48,475 bases of DNA from an uncultured Candidatus Finniella sp. (GTDB lineage: Bacteria > Pseudomonadota > Alphaproteobacteria > Paracaedibacterales > CAITNM01), in assembly GCA_964446295.1 (NCBI GenBank), contig CAYUNR010000003.1, positions 1 to 48,475 of the forward strand, in the 5' to 3' direction. The notes beneath the pieces were generated by a model that was not told where the DNA came from, ran no database searches, and worked only from the letters and a program-made list of their open reading frames with translations. Shown here in pieces: positions 16,892-24,144 of the stretch (position 1 is its first letter; the number at the start of each line of letters is the position of its first letter). Made by a program: the position numbers and the translations under genes.

Positions 16892-17482
16892 TTATTCTAA
16901 GCCTAACCAATCGTCAAACCCATCTAATTTTGCGATTCCTTGTTTGTCAAGAAAAGCTGCCACGTGCGGTGGCACATCGGAAAGCGTGTACAATTTGTCA
17001 TCAAAGTTTTGATAGCAATAGACAGTATATATCACACTTTTATTCCTAGATATAACTTCTTCTATATCATATATCTTAATAGCTTTGTTATCTGAATACA
17101 CTACAACATTAGGGCACATATAATACGTATTTCCTGCGTCTGCAACTGTATAACTTGTTCTTTTATATCTTGGATAGACAAAAATGGTTATGAAATCACG
17201 ATTCCATTCTTGGACTTCGTTCTTCTCAATTTTTGTCTCAAGCCCTACTAGCTGCAACTCCCACAACTCCAACAGTCTTGGGTCCCGGGTAGAATGCTTT
17301 TTTAAAAAAAGCATATCGTCTGGGTCTAGTATGTCACACACTTTTCTGTTCATGCCTAGTCGTAAGCTAGAAGCGGCTTCTACTGGTTTGCCGGTTGCCG
17401 CCCCATTAATCATTGCCGACATGGCAAGCAATATTAAAAGTAGTTTCTGCACTTGTTGGTTCCGATTCTTTATCTGATACAA
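16892..17482 (-). CDS. Secreted protein, leader-cassette family 1 (divergent 5-prime end)
   Basis: 196 aa. The TTG at 17482 sits in the conserved ATAATTG context, but the family-type leader (VQKLLLILLAMSAMINGAATG) begins at a GTG 30 nt downstream (17452). The true start is uncertain. Confidence 0.65.
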   Translation of the reverse strand: MYQIKNRNQQVQKLLLILLAMSAMINGAATGKPVEAASSLRLGMNRKVCDILDPDDMLFLKKHSTRDPRLLELWELQLVGLETKIEKNEVQEWNRDFITIFVYPRYKRTSYTVADAGNTYYMCPNVVVYSDNKAIKIYDIEEVISRNKSVIYTVYCYQNFDDKLYTLSDVPPHVAAFLDKQGIAKLDGFDDWLGLE

Positions 17483-17497
17483 TTATACACAAACTGG

Positions 17498-17546
17498 ATT
17501 CTTTGTCCCTGCGTGGCTCGCAATGACGCTTGGTAACGTCATTACG
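17498..17546. repeat. GTCATTGCGAG-type palindromic repeat
   Basis: Hairpin CGCAATGACG-(8 nt)-CGTCATTACG. The minus strand reads CGTCATTGCGAGCCACGCAGGGACAAAGAATCC, related to the unit at 43722-43756 and 48428-48462. Confidence 0.6.
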
Positions 17547-17566
17547 AGCTTGCAAGGCAGGCGTGC

Positions 17567-18133
17567 TTATTCAGGTAGATCAGGGCTAGCTGCTCTCGTT
17601 GACTCATATATAAAATCGAAATACCTGGCTAAACGCTTATTGTACAGTTCTTCCCGTGTAGGGATTTCAGCGCCTTTTTTAATAAGCGCTTCAAGCTCGG
17701 TAAGCTCTTGGTCATAGAATTCAGGGTCATATAATGCATGCTCACGGGCGCACTTGAGTGCTGTACTTAAAAATATTTTATCCTCTTCAGAAAGATCAAT
17801 AATCCTATCCTGCAGGGCGTATACCGCATCTAGCAACGTAAACGTTTCTTTTTCATATCTACGAACACGTGTCGACTTATCAGCAAAGTATACATTATAC
17901 ATAAAGGATGGTGGGGTAGTCGTAAGATCTAGATTTGGTTCCTTGACGACACGAATCAGATTTTCATGACGTTTTGCTAGAATGATTTGGTGAGCATCTT
18001 GACGCATCTTATATACAGTAGCTCTTGCTAGGACTGCTGCAGCATCTTCTGTTGCTGAAACCGGTATCCCAGTTGCCGCTGCATTAATCATTGTTGACGT
18101 TGCCAACAAGGCCATCAAAAGTATTTTTTTCAA
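17567..18133 (-). CDS. Secreted protein, leader-cassette family 1
   Basis: 188 aa with leader MKKILLMALLATSTMINAAATG. TTG start preceded by AAAGGAGACGATAA. Confidence 0.75.
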   Translation of the reverse strand: MKKILLMALLATSTMINAAATGIPVSATEDAAAVLARATVYKMRQDAHQIILAKRHENLIRVVKEPNLDLTTTPPSFMYNVYFADKSTRVRRYEKETFTLLDAVYALQDRIIDLSEEDKIFLSTALKCAREHALYDPEFYDQELTELEALIKKGAEIPTREELYNKRLARYFDFIYESTRAASPDLPE

Positions 18134-18180
18134 TTATCGTCTCCTTTAAGGACTAAAATATTTAATATGTTGCAGAAAAT

Positions 18181-18198
18181 CACGGGGCATGCCCCGTG
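18181..18198 (-). terminator. Possible terminator hairpin after gene 18303..19463
   Basis: Perfect palindrome CACGGGG-CATG-CCCCGTG, followed on the minus strand by ATTTTCT. The U-tract is weak. Confidence 0.4.
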
Positions 18199-18302
18199 AA
18201 GTATTAGTCTTGATCATCTAGTCAAGTCAGATGGGAAGCAAATGCCCCCCTATTAGTTGTCCTCCTATCAAGTCGGAAGACCTTTTTTGGGAATTGGTCT
18301 AA

Positions 18303-19463
18303 CTAAGGTCGATTTAATATTGCTTTTGCACTTTCATTAATGCCAGAAATCCAATGCGTGTATGCAGTACATTTTTTTTCTGCTTGTGCTCTTCCTTCCT
18401 TAGCTTCTTCTAATTCAGCGAGAAGTTTACCAACTCTATCTACATTATCATTTTGTGTTCTTTGCAGTAATTCTTGAAGTTCAACTCGTAACTTCGTCTC
18501 TTCTAGCTTACCTGCTATCATTTCTGTGTATCGTGTGTGTAGATGCAGTATTTGTTCAGTTTTCTCCGCATGCTCTTTTAGTAGGCTGGCGTATTGCGCA
18601 CTTAATTTTTCCAAAGTACTCTTAGTCGTTTCTAACGAAACCTTATTGATTGCGGCTTGTTCTTCTAAACGTGCCGCTTGTTCTTGTAAATGCGCCGCTA
18701 CTTTTTTCAATTCTAGCACTTCTATTTGGGCATTTTCTCTTTGAGCATTTTCTCTTTGAGCTTGTCGTACTTTTTCCTCTAAAGCGGTAATTTGTGCGTT
18801 TAGCTGAGCCCTATCATCGTTTAATTCAGCGTTATTTTCTACGTACCGTCTAGCAGCTATCCTCATTTTTTCTACAATCTGTTCCTCAGTCCCCCTGAGG
18901 AAACTCCCATAAATGTTTGCACCTGTTACACTCATCAAGATGTCAGCGGCTTCTATTATTGGGGATCTACCGTAAAGTTGATCAATAATTTCTTTTTGAA
19001 TTTCATTTAATTCGACTGAATTTTCTGTCAAGCTCTTAAGTCTAACCTTTGAAAATAATAAATGTACTTTTTTATCCTTAATATCCTCATATAAAGGAAA
19101 TGCTTTTTTTTCACTTGGATTCCTAAAGCCGATTAAACAAGCAAATATACTATTTGAAAAATCTCGAAAATCACCATCTGATAACCCTTCCAGCGTAAAT
19201 TCGAATGATTCTGGTTCAGGTGCTGCTGCTGCTTCTGGGGCAAATAATTCTGCCACAGTAGAAGGAGAAACACGGGTTCCTAATTCTTCAAAGAGGCTGT
19301 CATTGTCTGATACAGATGAGTCGTCTTTAGGTGCGCCTTGTGATGTAACCTCAACTGCACGCTCTTCAGCTATGGGGTCAGGGGTATCAGCCAGGCTTTT
19401 AAGCTCCGCCGCATTAATCATTGCAGACGTTGCCAACAACGTCATCAAAAGTATTTTTTTCAA
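18303..19463 (-). CDS. Secreted coiled-coil protein, leader-cassette family 1
   Basis: 386 aa with leader MKKILLMTLLATSAMINAAELK. TTG start preceded by GGAGACGACAA. The C-terminal ~200 aa are heptad-rich. It shares the IIDQLY..(A/I)IEAAD/IEIAD motif with 20163..21020. Confidence 0.8.
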   Translation of the reverse strand: MKKILLMTLLATSAMINAAELKSLADTPDPIAEERAVEVTSQGAPKDDSSVSDNDSLFEELGTRVSPSTVAELFAPEAAAAPEPESFEFTLEGLSDGDFRDFSNSIFACLIGFRNPSEKKAFPLYEDIKDKKVHLLFSKVRLKSLTENSVELNEIQKEIIDQLYGRSPIIEAADILMSVTGANIYGSFLRGTEEQIVEKMRIAARRYVENNAELNDDRAQLNAQITALEEKVRQAQRENAQRENAQIEVLELKKVAAHLQEQAARLEEQAAINKVSLETTKSTLEKLSAQYASLLKEHAEKTEQILHLHTRYTEMIAGKLEETKLRVELQELLQRTQNDNVDRVGKLLAELEEAKEGRAQAEKKCTAYTHWISGINESAKAILNRP

Positions 19464-19549
19464 TTGTCGTCTCCAAAAAGGGATAAAAATTATTGCAAAA
19501 TCAATATTTGTACTTAAACGTTAATCACATATGCAAATATTGCATAACT

Positions 19550-19579
19550 TATATAGCACATTATTTCATTATGTGTCAA
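19550..19579 (-). promoter_or_regulatory. Sigma70-like promoter of gene 18303..19463
   Basis: Minus strand: TTGACA-18 nt-TATATA, about 90 nt upstream of the TTG start. It lies in a block repeated upstream of 19675..19944 and 16029..16724. Confidence 0.4.
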
Positions 19580-19618
19580 ATTCGTGGTTTTATCTTATTC
19601 TAGCAGCTTTGTGAAATT

Positions 19619-19650
19619 AAAAAAACCAAGGGCGCAGTGCTCTTGGTTTT
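19619..19650 (-). terminator. Terminator of gene 19675..19944 (conserved cassette)
   Basis: A-run / CCAAGGGC-GCAGT-GCTCTTGG / T-run. There is one mismatch when read on the minus strand. Same element as 20105-20137. Confidence 0.5.
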
Positions 19651-19674
19651 CTGGTGATTTTATTTTTTTATAAT

Positions 19675-19944
19675 CTAGCTAGTGCTGAGGAAAGATGAGT
19701 AATGATTTGTTATAGTTGTACTTTTAGTAATATCCATATTTTTTACTTTTCTTGATAACTCATGAATGTCCCCAATGTCCTCGCCCATTATTTCCGATAT
19801 CTCTTCGTCACTATCTACGTCTGTTTGTGGTGATGAGTTTAGGAATTTCCTCTTAGTTATGTCTCTGGGAGATGTATCGTTTGTATTCATCTCCATCGCC
19901 ATTGATGATGCTGTTAACAACGCCATCAAAAGTATCTTTTTCAA
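19675..19944 (-). CDS. Short secreted protein, leader-cassette family 1 (possibly truncated member)
   Basis: 89 aa with leader MKKILLMALLTASSMAMEM. TTG start preceded by AAAGGAGACGATAA. It has its own promoter and terminator cassette. Confidence 0.6.
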   Translation of the reverse strand: MKKILLMALLTASSMAMEMNTNDTSPRDITKRKFLNSSPQTDVDSDEEISEIMGEDIGDIHELSRKVKNMDITKSTTITNHYSSFLSTS

Positions 19945-20005
19945 TTATCGTCTCCTTTAAAGACTAAAAAAATTAATGAATTGATCTGTGGAAAATCACA
20001 TAACT

Positions 20006-20035
20006 TATATAGCGTATTATTTCATTATGTGTAAG
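20006..20035 (-). promoter_or_regulatory. Sigma70-like promoter of gene 19675..19944
   Basis: Minus strand: CTTACA-18 nt-TATATA, homologous to 19550-19579. Confidence 0.35.
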
Positions 20036-20104
20036 ATGTATGTTTTTATCTTATTCAAATAAAAAACTCAGGGTATTTTATTATTCATTCAGCTTTGTGA
20101 AATT

Positions 20105-20137
20105 AAAAAAACCAAGAGTGCAGTGCTCTTGGTTTTT
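20105..20137 (-). terminator. Terminator of gene 20163..21020 (conserved cassette)
   Basis: Minus strand: CCAAGAG-CACTGCA-CTCTTGG followed by TTTTTTT, 25 nt past the stop. Confidence 0.6.
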
Positions 20138-20162
20138 GGTGTTTTGATTTATTCTGCAATTA

Positions 20163-21020
20163 TCATTGAGTTATTGCACCAGCACCGCTGCTATTGAGAA
20201 TAGCCTTAAGCTTAGCATTTTCTCTTTTTGCTTCTGCCAATCTTTCTTTAAGAGCGGCATTTTCTGCATTTTTGGTTTCTATCATACCTATTACTCTGGT
20301 CAATTTCTCTTCTATAGTAGCCGCAGCTTGTGCGGATCGTGCTCTTAGTTCTTCCTGTATTTGACTTAAAGATTTGGTAAATTCTTGTTTCTCTCTAACA
20401 TTTTCTAGTGTCATCAAATTAAATTTTGTTAAATTCTCAAAATATTTTGCCTGCCACTCGTCCCTCTCGCTTTCTCCTTTCTTAAGATCTCTTATAACTT
20501 TTAGTATTACATTTCCCATATTTTTATCGGTGTCTCGGAACTTGAAACTGCAGCTTTTTATACTTAGTTCATCTGCTATCTCAATTAGACGTGCGCGTGA
20601 AGCAGTGCTTGAATAAAGCTGATCAATAATGTTCAAGCGCAGTGATTCTTGCGTTGCGCCAAGCTCAGGAAAATTTTCTGAGCAGTATATAAACTCCATT
20701 ATCGTCTCTTCTGGATGTGGCAGCGTTATAGTTTTATCACTAACATCTTCATCTGAAGAGAGTACGTCTAACGCTTTAGCTCTAATGAACTGGCGCATCA
20801 CCTCTTGTACCTCAACAGCCGATGGAGAAGATGCGCCGAATAGCGTAGCCATCCATTCACAGTGGCTTTTAAGGGTAAAAGTAAATTCACCTTTTGTGGG
20901 TACAGTAACTCCCCATGATAAGCCTATAGCTAGCTCATCAACTGGCGCAAAGCCACTTCCATCTGCTGCACGAATCATTACTGACGTTGCCAGCAACGTC
21001 ATCAAAAGTATTTTTTTCAA
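20163..21020 (-). CDS. Secreted coiled-coil protein, leader-cassette family 1
   Basis: 285 aa with leader MKKILLMTLLATSVMIRAADGSG. TTG start preceded by AAAGGAGACGATAA. The body is paralogous to 18303..19463. Confidence 0.8.
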   Translation of the reverse strand: MKKILLMTLLATSVMIRAADGSGFAPVDELAIGLSWGVTVPTKGEFTFTLKSHCEWMATLFGASSPSAVEVQEVMRQFIRAKALDVLSSDEDVSDKTITLPHPEETIMEFIYCSENFPELGATQESLRLNIIDQLYSSTASRARLIEIADELSIKSCSFKFRDTDKNMGNVILKVIRDLKKGESERDEWQAKYFENLTKFNLMTLENVREKQEFTKSLSQIQEELRARSAQAAATIEEKLTRVIGMIETKNAENAALKERLAEAKRENAKLKAILNSSGAGAITQ

Positions 21021-21077
21021 TTATCGTCTCCTTTATAGCAGGTCAATGAACAAATAATTTGATTGTACTTTCTGGGT

Positions 21078-21180
21078 TCCCGTTTTCACCGGGATGACAG
21101 CGCACTCACTTCTGTCGTTCCTGCACACACTTCTGTCATCCCCGCACTCACTTCTGTCATCCCCGCGTAGGCGGGGATCC
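21078..21180. repeat. Composite repeat: hairpin, 3 x 21-nt tandem repeat, terminal hairpin
   Basis: The first hairpin is TCCCG-TTTTCAC-CGGGA. It is followed by three 21-nt units at 21104-21166 (ACTCACTTCTGTCGTTCCTGC / ACACACTTCTGTCATCCCCGC / ACTCACTTCTGTCATCCCCGC). The last unit forms the hairpin CCCCGC-GTAG-GCGGGG followed by ATCC. Confidence 0.85.
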
Positions 21181-21226
21181 ACCAGATAGTCCAACAAAAT
21201 TAATTTCGGGTCTTGGGGCTTAGGCG

Positions 21227-22192
21227 CTATTGAGGTACGCCCAACCTCATCGTCCGATGATGTCTACGTCCATGTTTCTTTTTGCCCCTTAATGCTTTAT
21301 TCTCTTCTTTCAAAGCATAAATTAACTTGTTTTTTCGTTGGTCATCTTCAGTATTAAGGAATGCTAAATGGTTAATAACTTCGTTGTACTTTTGTACTTC
21401 ATCCTCTAATATTTCGATTTGAAAAAGTAATCTATCTCGCTTTTCCTGTAATTCACTATTCAGCGACTGACTTTCCAAGAACCTATATTCCCAAGAAGCA
21501 AGTTCTTTGGCCAGTCTTGCAACATGTGCTTCTAACTGAGAACTATGACTAGTCAACGTTTCAATCTCATGTGCACTTACTTCATGAAAGTCATTTAAAT
21601 CATGGGCTTGAGCTTCTAATTCAGCTGCTAATCTTGCCTTCTCTTTTTCTATGCTTCTTAATTCCGTTGTTTGCTTTTCTAAAGCAAATTCAGCTCTCTC
21701 TGCTGCCATCTGCAATTCATGCATAACTCCTTCGTGGGTAACTGCTGTTTCTGCTGCTTCTTGTTTAAGCTTTTCCATTGCAGTTTCTAGCGCTGTCTTC
21801 TCTTCTCTTACTCTTAGTAGCGTCTGAACAAGCATATCATTTTCTTGTCTAGATAAAATTAATGTCTCCTCTCTTGCTGTTAACGTACTGGTCAGTTCTT
21901 TATTCTTTGTTAGTAACTGATCGCGTTCAGTTGAAACTGTTCCAATCATACGGCGTGTATTGGTCAGTTTCTCCTGCGATGCTTGAAGTTGAGCTAAATG
22001 TTCTTGCTGCAGCGTTTCAATTTCTCTTAAATGCTGCTGTTTTAAACCGTCTATCGCATCACCACTGATTGCCGCACTACCCGCACGAGCGCGCCTTAAA
22101 ACATTATCCTCCGCTGGTGAAGAACTTCCATCCGCTGCCTCCATCACAATTGACGAACCTGTCAACAACAACACTGCTATTATTTTTTTCAA
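21227..22192 (-). CDS. Secreted long coiled-coil protein, leader-cassette family 1 (divergent)
   Basis: 321 aa with leader MKKIIAVLLLTGSSIVMEAADGSSSP. TTG start preceded by AGGGGATAATAA. Almost the whole body is heptad-like (E/L/Q/A/T-rich), with a basic tail KKKHGRRHHR. Confidence 0.75.
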   Translation of the reverse strand: MKKIIAVLLLTGSSIVMEAADGSSSPAEDNVLRRARAGSAAISGDAIDGLKQQHLREIETLQQEHLAQLQASQEKLTNTRRMIGTVSTERDQLLTKNKELTSTLTAREETLILSRQENDMLVQTLLRVREEKTALETAMEKLKQEAAETAVTHEGVMHELQMAAERAEFALEKQTTELRSIEKEKARLAAELEAQAHDLNDFHEVSAHEIETLTSHSSQLEAHVARLAKELASWEYRFLESQSLNSELQEKRDRLLFQIEILEDEVQKYNEVINHLAFLNTEDDQRKNKLIYALKEENKALRGKKKHGRRHHRTMRLGVPQ

Positions 22193-22386
22193 TTATTATC
22201 CCCTAGATGTAAAAAATTTTAATAAAATTAATTATGAGTAATATCACGTAGTTTGCATAGGCATAATTTCTCTGAATGCCAAATTTATGATTTTATATTG
22301 TCGTGATAAAACTTTAAGAGCACTTTTTGACCAATTCAGAATCTTATGTTGATGTTCTTAGTGCCATTAATCTGGCTTCCAAAGTC

Positions 22387-23121
22387 TTAATTTCTGCTGC
22401 AAAAAAATCTCAGACTAAATCGTGATTTCTTAATTTCTCTAAGCGGTGAAAGTATCTGCAAATGCTTGTTGCCTTTTTTTCTCCATAAACGCTCTATCTT
22501 AGAGGGTTTGCCCACATGATACGCTACCTGCTGGTGATTTTTAGGGATTTCTGTATAAGTGTATTCTCTAAATCCTGGGGCAAATTGCCAGGTAAATTGT
22601 TGTGGCTTGTCTTTAATAGGAACCATGTCTTGCCAGTAAATGGGAGACCAATTTTCTATTATAAGGTTGAAGCCCGATTTTAAAGCATAACGAACATTTT
22701 GCTCAAGCCTAGAACTTCCTTCGTAAAATGTTAGAAGTGCGTCGCTATGTAAATGATATTTTGGGGGTGTTACCCAAATAGTTTTTTCTCCGTAATAAGA
22801 TCCGTTTAGCGAAAGCAGATGCTGTGCTGTCGGGTATTCTGGGGAAACTTTTGCGCAACCATACATTCTTTCATTTAAAGTGCTTCTATTCAGCAGTGGG
22901 ATAACATAAACGCGAATGGTATCTTCTTTAACAGTAACTTTTTTTGGGGACACTTGCTCTTGATTAAGAGGTATTTCGTTATCATAACCCAGAAACATTC
23001 TATCATAAAAAAGATCGTCTTTTGTTTCTTCCCAACCCTTATCAATGGCTGTATCAATAGCTGCTGCTGATAAACGTATTCCCAAAAATAACAAAAAGCT
23101 TAGCAAAAACATTCTTCTCAA
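22387..23121 (-). CDS. Secreted hypothetical protein
   Basis: 244 aa with leader M(RRM)FLLSFLLFLGIRLSAAA. The TTG at 23121 has GGAG 7 nt upstream; an alternative ATG lies at 23112. Not coiled-coil and no motif recognised. Confidence 0.65.
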   Translation of the reverse strand: MRRMFLLSFLLFLGIRLSAAAIDTAIDKGWEETKDDLFYDRMFLGYDNEIPLNQEQVSPKKVTVKEDTIRVYVIPLLNRSTLNERMYGCAKVSPEYPTAQHLLSLNGSYYGEKTIWVTPPKYHLHSDALLTFYEGSSRLEQNVRYALKSGFNLIIENWSPIYWQDMVPIKDKPQQFTWQFAPGFREYTYTEIPKNHQQVAYHVGKPSKIERLWRKKGNKHLQILSPLREIKKSRFSLRFFCSRN

Positions 23122-23265
23122 AGATTTTCTCCAATTATGCGCAATAATAATATTCTATTATGAACATGTTGCTCATATAATTAGTATATTTTGAAATGTC
23201 TATCAATTTCAAGAGATTAGCTTTGACTTCGTTTGGTTGAGGCTGTTTACACAACATCCAAATTT

Positions 23266-23928
23266 CTAGCGGCGTATTGGTCGTTTGCTGTTATAGTTCT
23301 CTATTTGTTCTGCTTTTTCGGCTATGAATAACTTTCCAGAATTTGTGCAACGCCTTATGCATAAGTTCTCTAATTCTGCTTCTCTGCCTAGACTGGAAAA
23401 TAATTCAAAAGCATTGCTTATACAGTCACCCGTACAAGTTATTAATCTGTTTCTTACACTGCCTCTTGAACACCGGTTATATTGCTCTGTTATTTCTTTT
23501 TCTGCTTGAGGTATTAACCATGGCAAAGATTTATGTTTTTGAACTTTAGGTAAATAATGACTCTCTAAAATTTCATCTGTAATACCTTCGAAATATCTTC
23601 TAATTTCGTTTGTTCTTATGCGTTTTTCATTTTCGCTTTCACCGCTAGTTTCACTATCTAGACTTGCTGTGCTATCTGTACTATCGAGACTTGCTGATTT
23701 TTTTACCTTTTCTGGAACTATCGCATTTCTTTTTTGTGAATTTATGTTCCTGCTTTGATCAGTAACCGCCTCTTCTGTTAAAGCAGGCTCTGGTGCTATT
23801 TTGCTTTTCTTTTCTCTTGAATAGAATGGCCAGCTCCCTTTTTCAGGTGCCTTTTCTGCAGGTCTAACAGCAGCACACATTTCGCTAGTTGCTGCTAATA
23901 AAAAAAGCGCAAATAAAAATAGTTTCAT
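23266..23928 (-). CDS. Secreted hypothetical protein, S/E/K-rich
   Basis: 220 aa from the ATG at 23928 (MKLFLFALFLLAATSEMCAA). The track start is GTG at 23943. Contains an internal direct repeat, SASLDSTDSTASLDSETS. Confidence 0.65.
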   Translation of the reverse strand: MKLFLFALFLLAATSEMCAAVRPAEKAPEKGSWPFYSREKKSKIAPEPALTEEAVTDQSRNINSQKRNAIVPEKVKKSASLDSTDSTASLDSETSGESENEKRIRTNEIRRYFEGITDEILESHYLPKVQKHKSLPWLIPQAEKEITEQYNRCSRGSVRNRLITCTGDCISNAFELFSSLGREAELENLCIRRCTNSGKLFIAEKAEQIENYNSKRPIRR

Positions 23929-24144
23929 GGCCGCCACAATCACTTTATATCAATGCAATAAGATTCATCGTAATATAAAAATATTAATTTATTGTTAATG
24001 ATGGCTTTAAATATGAGTGCGCAAACGCCCATTCCTGCTGACTTTTTTGTGGCTCAGAAACTTGTTTATGCACCTAGTAGCCTCAATTTATGTGAACTCG
24101 TACAGGTTTGATAAAATTATAGACAATTAAATAAAATTACAGAT

